A program made the position numbers and the translations under genes. 64,000 nucleotides of DNA from Promethearchaeia archaeon. Its GTDB lineage: Archaea > Asgardarchaeota > Lokiarchaeia > Sigyniarchaeales > SOKP01. The DNA lies in the NCBI GenBank assembly GCA_029856155.1, contig JAHQWL010000083.1, forward strand, positions 38,514 to 102,513, in the 5' to 3' direction. This document shows positions 51,079 to 61,757 of the stretch, piece by piece. Position 1 is the stretch's first letter. Each line of letters opens with the position of its first letter. The notes below the pieces were generated by a model that made no database searches, was not told the origin of the DNA, and was given only the letters and a program-made list of their open reading frames with translations.

Positions 51079-52323
51079 CTAATATACTTGAACCTTGCCT
51101 GCAATTAATCTCTTTCTTAAATCAAAAAAGCTTTCTTTACTAAGTTTTTCAGCGCTTACTTCTTCTGCAATTCTCTTCACTGAACTAAAGTCTACATTAT
51201 CAGCAGGAATTAGTTCAATTGAATTTACCCATGGATCAGTTATTGGTCTTCCGATCTGAGATAATAACTTAACATGAGCTTCTAAAATATCTCCTTGTCC
51301 TCGTTTTACAATTTCTCTTGCAATCTCTGTCCCTAGAACGTTATAAAGCTTCCCCACATGGTTAATTGGATTCTTTCCACAAACAGCTTCTAAGCTCATT
51401 GGTCTACATGGAGTAATAAGACCATTAGATCGGTTACCACGTCCTACTTCTCCATCATCTCCAGCTTCAGCAGATGTGCCAGTAATGGTCAAATACATAA
51501 TACCCTTTTCGATATTGTCCGCCACATTTACTTGGCATGATACATCGCGTTCTGGGATTATATCTGCAGCTAAATCTAAAACTGCTTCTTTGATTTGATT
51601 AGTATAGCTTACATATTCACTAGCATCATTGATATATTTACTTACCATTGCTGCTGCGACAGTAATTCCAACTTCATTATCAATTCTCTCAACCATTACC
51701 TTAATATCTTCGCCTGATGCTTTACATTTATCCTTGAATTTATCAGAATTGATCAGCCTTTCAGCTTCTAAAGTTATTTTTTCTACGTCCGAATAAGGAG
51801 CATATCCCACTCCAAAACTGGTATCATTAGCAAGTGGAATTTCTTCAGAATGATGAGATTGATCAAAAACTCCTGTTAAATCTATTGATCCTGGCCGAAC
51901 AGCATAATCAAATTGAATATCTCTATTTAGATCTAGATTTCTAAAAATTTCAGAAAGCACTTTACGCTGGGTTTCTATACAAATAGTTGGAATAGGAATA
52001 TATTCAAGTTTATTTGTACCGTCCCCACATTCTGTAAGGATCTGATTAATAGCCCGCCCAACAATCAAAAAGTATTGTGGCTGGATAATTTGTCCACCAC
52101 CATATTCCGGTCTTGCGGTTCCTCCAACTAAAGCAGCTTTATCGACATTATGGTGGTATACCCGATCGAAATTTTCAAGATAATATACACACAAGGCTCT
52201 GGAGCAAGCATCGGCAACAGCATCGCACACCGTATCAGGATGTCCAATCCCCTTTCTTTCACAGAGTTCTGGGAATTCACTTTTTTCAATTGGTAAAAAA
52301 TTAGCGCGAGTAATTTTCAACAT
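51079..52323 (-). CDS. mat: Archaeal S-adenosylmethionine synthetase
   Basis: ERKGIGHPD, ANDTSFG, GEDIKVM, GRGNR.NG, GKNP.NHVGK. Confidence 0.96.
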   Translation of the reverse strand: MLKITRANFLPIEKSEFPELCERKGIGHPDTVCDAVADACSRALCVYYLENFDRVYHHNVDKAALVGGTARPEYGGGQIIQPQYFLIVGRAINQILTECGDGTNKLEYIPIPTICIETQRKVLSEIFRNLDLNRDIQFDYAVRPGSIDLTGVFDQSHHSEEIPLANDTSFGVGYAPYSDVEKITLEAERLINSDKFKDKCKASGEDIKVMVERIDNEVGITVAAAMVSKYINDASEYVSYTNQIKEAVLDLAADIIPERDVSCQVNVADNIEKGIMYLTITGTSAEAGDDGEVGRGNRSNGLITPCRPMSLEAVCGKNPINHVGKLYNVLGTEIAREIVKRGQGDILEAHVKLLSQIGRPITDPWVNSIELIPADNVDFSSVKRIAEEVSAEKLSKESFFDLRKRLIAGKVQVY

Positions 52324-52512
52324 TTCATTTAACCAACTTCTTAATTATATAAATAGTTCCTTTAAATATGTTTTTAAATTAATTATAAGTTAAATTTCTT
52401 ATTAAATGAAAAATGCACTTAATATTTTTTATACTTAGTAATAATTAATAACCTTTATAAATATTTTTTACTTATAATATGCTTAAGAAGCATAAATATT
52501 TTTTTTTAAATT

Positions 52513-53082
52513 ATGGAAATTTTACCATCATTTAATGACATAAAGCGTTTACGTAAGAAATTAAATATTAGTCAAAAGGATCTAGGAGATGAACTAAAAA
52601 TTCCGCAGTCTACAATTTCTAGGATTGAAAATGGAACAATAGATCCTCCATACTCTAAATTAAAAAGAATTTATGAATATCTTGAGAATGAACGTAAGAT
52701 AAGAGAAAAATCTAAGAAGCATGCTATAGATATCATGACTTCCGATATTATATTTATCAATTCTAGCTCAACTATAAGAGAAGCCGTAGATCAGATGAAT
52801 AACCATGAAATCTCACAATTACCAATAATAGAAAATAATCAAAATATAGGAAGTATAACTTCAAAAAAAATACAGAAATCTATAACAGATAATCCAGAAA
52901 TTATCAATATGGATGTATCACTTATAAAAGAATTACCATTTCCAGAAATTGATAAAAATTGGAATGTGAAGGATATATCTAATTTACTCTTGAATTATTC
53001 TGCTGTTTTGGTGAAAGCAAATAATGATTATATTGGAATAATTACGGACTCTGATCTTCTTAGAATATCAAATAAAAAGTAA
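52513..53082 (+). CDS. XRE-HTH plus CBS-pair transcriptional regulator
   Basis: SQ..L....IPQSTISRIE.G..DP; two CBS motifs. Confidence 0.9.
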   Translation: MEILPSFNDIKRLRKKLNISQKDLGDELKIPQSTISRIENGTIDPPYSKLKRIYEYLENERKIREKSKKHAIDIMTSDIIFINSSSTIREAVDQMNNHEISQLPIIENNQNIGSITSKKIQKSITDNPEIINMDVSLIKELPFPEIDKNWNVKDISNLLLNYSAVLVKANNDYIGIITDSDLLRISNKK

Positions 53083-53199
53083 AAAAAATTCAAAACTAAT
53101 ACTATTTTATAAGATAAAAGCATTAAATTTGTGAAGTGATAATACTTAATAGAAAAAAGAATAATTTTTTTATACAATATCGTTTTTTAAAGATTAGAT

Positions 53200-54201
53200 T
53201 TGACGATTGAAAAGATCCTTCAAAGGATTGATGGTTTATTAAAGAATGCTAATTATGAAACATTAGCATTGGGAAATTTCACGGAAAAAAAAACTAAATT
53301 CTGTTTTGATCTTTTAGTTAAAAAAGATGATATGGTATTTAGCGTAAAAATTTTTCCAAATATTGACAATTTAAACCCAGAAATTATTCAAGATCTTAAA
53401 TCTTTATCCCTAATCCTCAAATCAAAACCTTTATTAATTGGAATCAGAAATCGGTATCAAAAATTAGAAGATAACACCATCTATGTAAGAGAAGGTTTAC
53501 CCTTTATTACGCTTAATACGCTTGAGAATATCCTTAATGAACAATACCCACACGTCTTGGCAAGAAGAGGCGGAGGAGTTGTATTCTTAGATGGGATATT
53601 AATGAAAACACTGAGAGAAAAGCATTCAATAACTCGAAAAGAACTATCAGGAATCTTAGGAGTGACTAAACGAACAATTTGTTCTTATGAGAATGAATCT
53701 ATGAGACCTTCCGAGAAAGTCGCTGAAAGGATATCGGAGATCTTGGAAAATAATGATCTATTTAAAAAAATCAATATTTTTGGATGGAATATTAAAGATA
53801 ATATCGATGAAAAAGAAATCTTGGAAAAAAACGAGTTAAGTGAATTTGAATCTCGTGTTCAAGGTATAGTAAAAGATATTGGACTTTCTTCATATTGGTA
53901 TAAAAAAGGGTCTGTTCCTTTCAAATTGTCTTTATACTCCCATCCTGAAAAAATTAATTTAGACGGTTTTTATCCTCTATTTTCTGGTATAACGGAAGAG
54001 CAAGATAAAATCAATGAAATGAGTTTAAAATGTTTAAGGATGTTTACAGAGTTATTCCATAAAACTTCACTTTTTATAATAGATAACGATATTAAAATTC
54101 CTGATCCGTTTAAAAAAGCAAAAATTCCTATTGTCAAAATTAAAAATTTAGAAAAAGTTGATGATGAAGAAGAATTCATTGAACTCGTCCAAGATTCATG
54201 A
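53200..54201 (+). CDS. Archaeal HTH transcriptional regulator (COG1395-like)
   Basis: CFDLL..K, NIDNL, YVREG, RRGGG; HTH LGVTKRTICSYE. Confidence 0.85.
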   Translation: MTIEKILQRIDGLLKNANYETLALGNFTEKKTKFCFDLLVKKDDMVFSVKIFPNIDNLNPEIIQDLKSLSLILKSKPLLIGIRNRYQKLEDNTIYVREGLPFITLNTLENILNEQYPHVLARRGGGVVFLDGILMKTLREKHSITRKELSGILGVTKRTICSYENESMRPSEKVAERISEILENNDLFKKINIFGWNIKDNIDEKEILEKNELSEFESRVQGIVKDIGLSSYWYKKGSVPFKLSLYSHPEKINLDGFYPLFSGITEEQDKINEMSLKCLRMFTELFHKTSLFIIDNDIKIPDPFKKAKIPIVKIKNLEKVDDEEEFIELVQDS

Positions 54202-54907
54202 TAATAAAAGAGAACTAATATGTGGAATAGATGAGGCTGGTAGAAATTAATTCAATTCGAATTAAGTGTTAATAGGCTCTGTCTTAGGTCCCATGGTTTT
54301 ATGTGGAATTTGTTTCGATGTTTCAAAAATTAATTATATATCTGAAATTGGAGTAAAGGACTCAAAGAAATTATCTTCTAAAAAGAGGAGTGAATTAACT
54401 GAACTCTTGAAAAAAAGCTGTTATTCTCATAAAATCGTTGTAGTTGGACCTCAGGAGATTGATGAGAGAGAAATTAAAAAAGTTACATTGAATCGACTTG
54501 AAGAATTAAAAATGGCAGAAATTATAAACGAATTAAAACCTGATATTATATACATAGATGCTGCTGATGTTAATGAAGAAAGATTTGGAAAGTCTATTAA
54601 AAATTTATTAGATTACAAACCTAAAGAAATTATCTCTAAACATAAAGCAGATGATCTATTTCCCATAGTATCAGCGGGATCTATTGTAGCAAAAAATAAA
54701 AGAGATACCTTAATTCTTGAAACCCATAAAGAATATGGGGATTTTGGTTCTGGTTATCCTTCTGATATCAAAACAATAAATTTTCTAAGAGAATATGTTA
54801 AGAAATATAAAAAACCACCAAAAATTGCTAGGAAATCTTGGGATACTACCAAAAAAATTATAGAAGAAGAGGTATCAACTAAGAAAATAACTGAATTCCT
54901 CAATTAA
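54161..54907 (+). CDS. rnhB: Ribonuclease HII; two exons (about 54161-54243, 54274-54907)
   Basis: Exon 1 ...ICGIDEAGR joined to exon 2 GSVLGPMV gives the DEAGRG motif; DSKKL, HKAD, GSGYPSD. Start may be 54161, 54164 or 54179. Confidence 0.9.
54244..54273 (+). other. Putative 30-nt BHB intron in rnhB
   Basis: Insert AAATTAATTCAATTCGAATTAAGTGTTAAT contains an in-frame TAA and hairpin TTAATTC/GAATTAA; BHB geometry. Confidence 0.85.
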
Positions 54908-55599
54908 GTGCTTTTTTTAACTACTAAGACAATATGGTTAGCAGCATATTTGTGTATATTTATACTTTCTATGATACTATATCCTGCTTTTTCAAGAATT
55001 TTTTTCTCTTGTTTATAAATTTGTTCAGATTTTTGAATGCTATCAATTGATTGAGATTTAATTGCTATAATGAGCACACCATTATTCTTTAGGTAATAAT
55101 TACAATTCGATAAGGCAATTTCAGCTTGATGTGGTTGTGCTACATCTTGATAAATTAAATCTATATCTGTAAAAATATACTTAGCATAATCTTCTGGGAA
55201 GCGAGCATCTCCTAATATTGGAATTATGTTTGTTCTATTTGATGTATTTTGAATTAATTGCCTTATACTTCTTTCTGCGAATTCTACCCCATAAATAATT
55301 CCAGAATCTATGATATCTGAAAGGTGAGAAATAGACGTACCTGAAGATGCTCCTAAATATAAGCATTTTATTTTTTCAGTTAAAAAATTGGTAATAGGAT
55401 TTCCTAAAATTAATGCGGCTATTTTACTTCTATATGGATCCCATTCTCTATACTCTGTACCCCTATGATTTATAAGCTTTTCTCCATAAATTTTTTTTCC
55501 TATAACTGCATTCTTCGTATAAAGTTTTAATTTTTCTAGGGGTCCAGAAATAAATACATTATAAAACTTTGGATGGGACCTAATTTCTATCTGAGACAT
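54904..55599 (-). CDS. flpA: Fibrillarin (C/D box methyltransferase)
   Basis: YREWDPYRSK, LYLGASSGT, DARFP, DVAQP. Confidence 0.96.
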   Translation of the reverse strand: MSQIEIRSHPKFYNVFISGPLEKLKLYTKNAVIGKKIYGEKLINHRGTEYREWDPYRSKIAALILGNPITNFLTEKIKCLYLGASSGTSISHLSDIIDSGIIYGVEFAERSIRQLIQNTSNRTNIIPILGDARFPEDYAKYIFTDIDLIYQDVAQPHQAEIALSNCNYYLKNNGVLIIAIKSQSIDSIQKSEQIYKQEKKILEKAGYSIIESINIHKYAANHIVLVVKKST

Positions 55600-55617
55600 T
55601 TTTTAATATTTTTTACA

Positions 55618-56823
55618 TTACTTTCTTTTTTTTCCTGATTTTTTTTTACTCTTTACTGGTTGCTCCTTTTTCGGTGGATTAGGATATTTTTCTTCAATTT
55701 CTTTTATCTTTTCTTCAACTTCTTTTGATAACGTATCCCCTATAAATTCTCCAGAGAAAAAATCTACTTTAGCAGCAACTCCAATTTTTCCTGCAACAAC
55801 GCGAGCAATTTTACCTCGGTGATATGGTTTTGCGGACCTTATTTGATTCCATTGAAAGATTAAGCCATGTTTGGGTCGTTTTTCACCAGTTTTAAGAAAC
55901 CGATATAATGCCTTTTCAGCTCCTAATAATTGAATTCTAGATGCTGGCATATAAGCTAATTTCTGTAAAGTTCCCGCTTTCGCTATTAATTTTGCCCCTA
56001 CTAAAGGACCGATCAAAGTATTAATATTTGGAGCAGTTTTTTCCATTAAAATTTCTAAATATTTCTCTAATTCTTGTCGATACGTATCCAAGGAAATTAT
56101 TTCACCCGCATATTTTTGGATTATAGATAAATCGATGTTCGCTCCCATCGACTCTAGGGCATACTGTTCCAAAATTTTAATTTTATTTTCATTTATAGCA
56201 AAATTCCTTTTTAGATTTTCAATTGTAAAATTCTCTCTTGAACCTAATATTGAAACTAATCTTGCTAATATAATATTGTCTTCAATAATTTTGTCAGTCA
56301 ATTCCGGAAAATGCAAACCGTACCATTCTCTAAGGTGACTCGAAAATAAACTAATTGATTTCTTTATCACATCTAGAATTGTAATAGTTTGAGTGATTAT
56401 ATTATCGGAATGGCCACTAGCTTGACTTACTTTTCTTCTTGTTAATTCACCACTTACTTTCTTATATAGTGAAAGTACTTCTTCACTTGTTTTATTTATA
56501 CCGACTTTTTTTAAATTAACTTCTAAATTTAAACGAAAATTTTTAAGTTCCATTGAGTTTTTTTTAAAAACGGTATCATATCCTAATTTTTCTGAAGTTA
56601 ATGATTCTAATTTTTTATTATCAAATAAAAATTCATTAAAACTGGAATTTTTTAATTCTAATAAAAAATCCTCAAACACTTTTTGAATAAGATTATTATT
56701 TAGAGAATCATAAAATTCAATAATTTTCTCACAATCATCATCGAAATCAATGAAGTTTAAGATGTTTCCAGTCTCATCAAATGCAAAAATTCCAATTAAA
56801 GTATCTGCTATGAAAGACTTCAT
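55618..56823 (-). CDS. nop5: Nop5 (Nop56/58)
   Basis: REWYGLHFPEL, PASRIQLLGAEKAL, PKHGLIF; basic tail. Confidence 0.96.
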   Translation of the reverse strand: MKSFIADTLIGIFAFDETGNILNFIDFDDDCEKIIEFYDSLNNNLIQKVFEDFLLELKNSSFNEFLFDNKKLESLTSEKLGYDTVFKKNSMELKNFRLNLEVNLKKVGINKTSEEVLSLYKKVSGELTRRKVSQASGHSDNIITQTITILDVIKKSISLFSSHLREWYGLHFPELTDKIIEDNIILARLVSILGSRENFTIENLKRNFAINENKIKILEQYALESMGANIDLSIIQKYAGEIISLDTYRQELEKYLEILMEKTAPNINTLIGPLVGAKLIAKAGTLQKLAYMPASRIQLLGAEKALYRFLKTGEKRPKHGLIFQWNQIRSAKPYHRGKIARVVAGKIGVAAKVDFFSGEFIGDTLSKEVEEKIKEIEEKYPNPPKKEQPVKSKKKSGKKRK

Positions 56824-56901
56824 TTTGATTGGTTGATTTATACTTATTTTTCCTTCATTAATAATTATTATAAAACTATAATCATTATTTTCTTTTAAAA
56901 A

Positions 56902-57828
56902 ATGCTAGAAGTTAATCTTTCTGGTTTAAAATTAAAATCTCCTATAATTTTAGCTTCAGGAATTTTAGGGGTTTCTTATTCTTCAATGAAAAGAATTATT
57001 GATGCTGGAGCTGGTGCTGTCACTACAAAATCTATAGGACCAAAACCAAGAAAAGGATATAAGAATCCATCAATAATTGAGATATACCCTGGAACCTTTA
57101 TGAATAGTGTTGGTTTAGGTAATCCTGGAATCAATGAGTTTATCTCAGAAATTAAGGAAATAAAAAAACATAAAATTCCCTTAATAGTGAGTGTTTTTGG
57201 TGACTCTAATGAGGATTACCTATATGTGGCAACTAAAGCTGAAAATGCTGGAGCTGATGTAATAGAGATTAATATCTCTTGCCCCCACGCTGAAGTATCT
57301 TCAATAGGTATCGATAAAGAGTTAACTTATGAGATTGTCAAATTTCTAAAAAAAACACTAACAATCCCTCTTTTTATAAAATTGAATCCAAACGTAACAA
57401 ATTTAGTAGAAATTGCCCTAGCCGCTGAGAAAGGTGGTGCTGATGGAGTAGTTGCTATAAACACTTTATCAGCAATGAAAATAGATGTAAATACTAAAAG
57501 ATCTATCTTATCTCATGGAAGTGGTGGGCTTTCTGGGAAGGCAATTCATCCTATAGCTATAAAGAAAGTATATGATTTATATAAAACCTTAAAAGTCCCT
57601 ATAATTGGATGTGGAGGAATAGGTTCTTGGCAAGATATCGTAGAATTCTTTTTAGCTGGAGCCTCAGCAGTACAAATTGGCACCGCTTTATATAAAGGAA
57701 CTGAAATAATTTCTGAAATTAATCATGGAATAACACAATATCTAAAGGATAATAAATATTCATCTATTAATGATTTAAAAGGACTATCTCATCAGTTTAA
57801 AACTCAAGAGGTACCAGATTTTGACTGA
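56902..57828 (+). CDS. pyrD: Dihydroorotate dehydrogenase B catalytic subunit
   Basis: LASG, TKS, NSVGLGNPG, NISCPH, GGLSG. Confidence 0.95.
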   Translation: MLEVNLSGLKLKSPIILASGILGVSYSSMKRIIDAGAGAVTTKSIGPKPRKGYKNPSIIEIYPGTFMNSVGLGNPGINEFISEIKEIKKHKIPLIVSVFGDSNEDYLYVATKAENAGADVIEINISCPHAEVSSIGIDKELTYEIVKFLKKTLTIPLFIKLNPNVTNLVEIALAAEKGGADGVVAINTLSAMKIDVNTKRSILSHGSGGLSGKAIHPIAIKKVYDLYKTLKVPIIGCGGIGSWQDIVEFFLAGASAVQIGTALYKGTEIISEINHGITQYLKDNKYSSINDLKGLSHQFKTQEVPDFD

Positions 57829-58675
57829 AAATACAATAAAAACCGTGAAAGTACAGAAAATTATTAATGAATGTAAGGATGCTAAAACACTTATTTTTAA
57901 CATGAAATTTAATAAGAGTGATAATTACATTATTCCTAAACCCGGACAATTTGTTATGGTATGGGTCCCTGGTATAGATGAAGTTCCAATGTCCCTCTCA
58001 GGATGTGAAAATGATGGTCATTGGGCAATTACAGTAAAAAATGTTGGAGAATGTACAAATGCTATGTATAATTTAAACATTGGAGATTATATTGGAGTAA
58101 GAGGGCCCTTAGGGAATTATTTTAAACTTCCAAATGAAAGTTCAAAGAAAATCTTCTTAATTGGTGGCGGAATAGGTATGGCTCCCCTAAAATTCCTCTC
58201 AGTCCAGCTTTCTAAAAGACTTATGAAACATACGATCATAGAGGGAGCAAAAAATGATAATAGTCTTATGTTTACAGACTATTTTAGAGAATCTGCAAAA
58301 AATTCTCCTGAAGTTCATTATTGTACTGATGATGGAAGTTCTGGAATTAAAGGATTTACATCTGATGTTTTTGCAGAATTTCTAAATGAATATACCGAAA
58401 AAGATCATTCAAATCTAATTGTCTATTCCTGTGGTCCAGAAATTATGTTATATAAATTATTTCAAATATGTCAAAAATATAAAATTGAGTTTTATGCAAG
58501 TCTTGAGAGATATATGAGATGTGGATGCGGTTTATGCGGTTTATGTGTGTTAGATTCATTAGGATTACTGGTTTGTAAAGACGGACCAATATTTAGTTCA
58601 GAAACTTTAAAAAATGTCCAAGATTTTGGAAAATATCAGAGAGATTTTACTGGTAAAAAAGTTAATATTGAATAA
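57821..58675 (+). CDS. pyrK: Dihydroorotate dehydrogenase electron-transfer subunit
   Basis: PGQFVM, RGPLG, GGGIG, CGPE, MRCGCGLCGLC...CKDGP. Confidence 0.93.
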   Translation: MTENTIKTVKVQKIINECKDAKTLIFNMKFNKSDNYIIPKPGQFVMVWVPGIDEVPMSLSGCENDGHWAITVKNVGECTNAMYNLNIGDYIGVRGPLGNYFKLPNESSKKIFLIGGGIGMAPLKFLSVQLSKRLMKHTIIEGAKNDNSLMFTDYFRESAKNSPEVHYCTDDGSSGIKGFTSDVFAEFLNEYTEKDHSNLIVYSCGPEIMLYKLFQICQKYKIEFYASLERYMRCGCGLCGLCVLDSLGLLVCKDGPIFSSETLKNVQDFGKYQRDFTGKKVNIE

Positions 58676-58793
58676 ATAAGTATCTGGATTAAAGGGTTTA
58701 AAACACAAATTATTAACACTATAACTAAATATATTATTTGTGAGATATTTAACGACAAAAGAGCAAATTACCTAATTTTTAATGTAAAAAATA

Positions 58794-60422
58794 ATGGCTT
58801 CCTTAGAATTTGATGAACATGAAAAAGTTAAAAAAATTTCAAGAGAAATTATAACTTATTTAATAAGAAACCCTAAAACTCCTCGTGGTAAAGTTACTAA
58901 TATTAAAGGAAGAATAGGTAAAAAGTATAAATATCCTAAAGTAATCAAGAATGCTACAATTCTGGGTTATGCTACATCAGAAGAGAAGGAGACGATAACC
59001 CAGATACTTAAAAGGAGAAAAACTAGAACTCTATCTGGAGTTTCCGTTATTGCAATTATGACTAAACCTCTTCCTTGTCCTGGAACTTGTATATATTGTC
59101 CCGGACAAGATTCTCAACCAGAAGAAAAAGTAGCTCAATCCTATACTGGACGAGAACCGGCAGCTATGAGATCTATTCATAACAATTATGATCCTTACTT
59201 ACAAGTACAAAGCAGAATAAACGATTTAGAAGCTATAGGGCATAAAGTTGATAAAATCGAATTAATCATTATGGGAGGTACATTTTTATCAACTGATCTG
59301 AAGTATCAAGAAGAATTCATAAAGGGAGCATTGGAAGGTATTATCGAACAACGAGTAAAAAGTTTAGAGGAAGCTAAAGAACTCGCCGAAACTTCCAAAA
59401 GACGTGTAATTGGGATAACAATCGAGACAAGACCAGACTACTGTAAAGAAAAACATGTAGATCTTATGTTAAATTTCGGGACAACTCGAGTTGAATTAGG
59501 AATTCAAACAGTCTATAATGATATATTTAAACTCATAAAGCGGGGGCACACTACGATAGATAGCATTGAGGCCATAAGAATTGCTAAGGATGCGGGTTTA
59601 AAAGTAAATGCGCATATTATGCCCAACCTCCCAGGTTCTGATTATTTAAAAGATATGGAACTTTTTGATGAGTTGTTTTCCAACTCGGATTACCGCCCCG
59701 ACATGTTAAAGATATATCCGACACTTGTAATTGCTGGTACTGAATTATATGATTGGTGGAAAAAAGGAAAGTATTTCCCTTATTCAGATGAGAAATTAAT
59801 TGAATTGGTTGCAACCGTTAAAAATAATTTACCCTCTTATGTACGAATTCAAAGGATAATGAGAGACATACCTGCTACCCTAATCGAAGCAGGATGTAGG
59901 CATAGTAATTTAAGACAATTGGTTCAAGAAAGATTAAAAGAAAACAATCAAACATGTAAATGCATTAGATGTAGAGAGTATGGGATCACTAAAAAAAAAG
60001 AAATTATCGATGAAAAATCTTTTGAGGATATTAAACTTTACAGACTGGATTATGAAGCATCTTTAGGTAATGAGGTCTTTTTATCTTTTGAGAATAAATT
60101 AGAAGAATATTTAGTAGGATATATTCGTTTAAGAAAACCATCTGAATATGCGCATAGACCAGAATTAAACGACGGAAAAACTATGATCGTGCGAGAAATC
60201 AAGGTGGTTGGTGAATTAGTTCCAAGAAATATAAAGCCAAATCGATATTCTCAAATTCAACACCGAGGATATGGAAAATTATTAATGGAAAATGCTGAAA
60301 GGATATCATTTGAAGAGTTTGATGTAAAAAAATTAGCGGTAATTAGTGGGATTGGTGCGAGAGACTGGTTTTATGAAATGGGATATAAACCAGATGGTGT
60401 ATATGTTTCCAAATTCCTTTAG
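58794..60422 (+). CDS. elp3: Elp3 tRNA U34 acetyltransferase (radical SAM plus GNAT)
   Basis: CP.TCIYCPG, QSYTG.EP, ETRPD, CIRCRE, QHRGYG. Confidence 0.96.
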   Translation: MASLEFDEHEKVKKISREIITYLIRNPKTPRGKVTNIKGRIGKKYKYPKVIKNATILGYATSEEKETITQILKRRKTRTLSGVSVIAIMTKPLPCPGTCIYCPGQDSQPEEKVAQSYTGREPAAMRSIHNNYDPYLQVQSRINDLEAIGHKVDKIELIIMGGTFLSTDLKYQEEFIKGALEGIIEQRVKSLEEAKELAETSKRRVIGITIETRPDYCKEKHVDLMLNFGTTRVELGIQTVYNDIFKLIKRGHTTIDSIEAIRIAKDAGLKVNAHIMPNLPGSDYLKDMELFDELFSNSDYRPDMLKIYPTLVIAGTELYDWWKKGKYFPYSDEKLIELVATVKNNLPSYVRIQRIMRDIPATLIEAGCRHSNLRQLVQERLKENNQTCKCIRCREYGITKKKEIIDEKSFEDIKLYRLDYEASLGNEVFLSFENKLEEYLVGYIRLRKPSEYAHRPELNDGKTMIVREIKVVGELVPRNIKPNRYSQIQHRGYGKLLMENAERISFEEFDVKKLAVISGIGARDWFYEMGYKPDGVYVSKFL

Positions 60423-60671
60423 TTTTCAAACTTTTATTTGGTCTTATTTAATCTATTTATTTATAAACTTTTTATGCTTAAGTTTTTTAAATACTGGTTA
60501 AAATCATGAAAAATCATTTATTATTTGTCCCTTCTGTGTAATCTTGTAGCTTCTGACAAATAATATCTTTAAAAAACTTTCCTTAAATTTAAAAAAATTT
60601 ATCTTTTTAGACCTTTTTATATAAAATATAGGAATGTATAAATGACAAAAATCTATAAGATATGAATAAGA

Positions 60672-61757
60672 ATGCCTTCACAAAAACCTTTATCAAAAAA
60701 AAAAATTACCCAACAAACAATCTCAATTTCACCAGCACTTAAGGATAAAATTGAGAGGTATATAATTGATAATAATAAAAAAAATCCGAAAGATGAGAAG
60801 TTCAAAAGCGTTTCGAGATTTTATAATTTTGTTATGAAACGGGTCATGGAATGTTTTGAGAAAGGTAAAACACTTGATGATTTTGAAGCATTCGTGGATA
60901 GTAAAATTCAAAGTTTCTATAATAAAATCTCGTTTAACGCTTTAATACCATACTATGAAACTGCTCTACAAACAAATCGTTATAATCAACCTTTTTTTGA
61001 AAAAAACACCTTTTTCTATTTGACTTTAAGAAGATTTTATATAAACCAAATGGATCCTTATGATATTAAAAGTATTAATGGTCTGTTCGATAGAGTTAAG
61101 AATTATCTTTTCTCCAATAATCTTACTAAGGGTGTAAATTTGGATCTTTTTGCAGGAAAGGCTCGAGATGAATTATTTGGAGTATTCGAATATGCGGGCT
61201 TATACAATAATTTAACTTTTGAAAATTGCAAATATACTGCGGCATTTTTAGGATTATTAGGGATGAAGATATCTAACTTTTTGTATTCAGATAAAGATAA
61301 TTATATCAGATATGATTTAAAAACCACTGAATTATTCTATCAAAAAGATTTGAGAAGAAATGAAAGAGTAAAACTAATCAACCACAATCTTTCTTTTTTC
61401 TTAAATTACCTTAGAATTATTAGTGATAAAGACTATTACTTCTGGATGAAATTAGCTAATAATAAACAGGTTTTTATCACATTCAAAAATGAAGAGACCA
61501 AAAAATATTGGGTGAATTTAATAGAAAATGAGATTGAAAAATTAGAAGATAAAGATCAATATTCCCTCAATATGTTAAAATTCTTTGAAAAATTACATTG
61601 GATTGAGATTATAAGTGAGAAAGATCTAAGCTTTCAAATTACTTTGCCTAAATTGAATTATTCCATTGAAAGAGAATTCTTATTTGAGACTCTTTCAAAA
61701 AAATCAAAAATCTTACGTGAAAAAGAGAATTTTTACTTGAAAGATCTTGATACATAA
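60672..61757 (+). CDS. Hypothetical protein with RHH-like N-terminus (paralog 1)
   Basis: QQTISISPALKD..ERY; similar along its length to 62134-63207. Confidence 0.75.
   Translation: MPSQKPLSKKKITQQTISISPALKDKIERYIIDNNKKNPKDEKFKSVSRFYNFVMKRVMECFEKGKTLDDFEAFVDSKIQSFYNKISFNALIPYYETALQTNRYNQPFFEKNTFFYLTLRRFYINQMDPYDIKSINGLFDRVKNYLFSNNLTKGVNLDLFAGKARDELFGVFEYAGLYNNLTFENCKYTAAFLGLLGMKISNFLYSDKDNYIRYDLKTTELFYQKDLRRNERVKLINHNLSFFLNYLRIISDKDYYFWMKLANNKQVFITFKNEETKKYWVNLIENEIEKLEDKDQYSLNMLKFFEKLHWIEIISEKDLSFQITLPKLNYSIEREFLFETLSKKSKILREKENFYLKDLDT

Noticed and set aside
54266-54907. ORF-track start of rnhB (GTG 54266)
   Set aside because: Lies inside the putative intron and omits the catalytic DE
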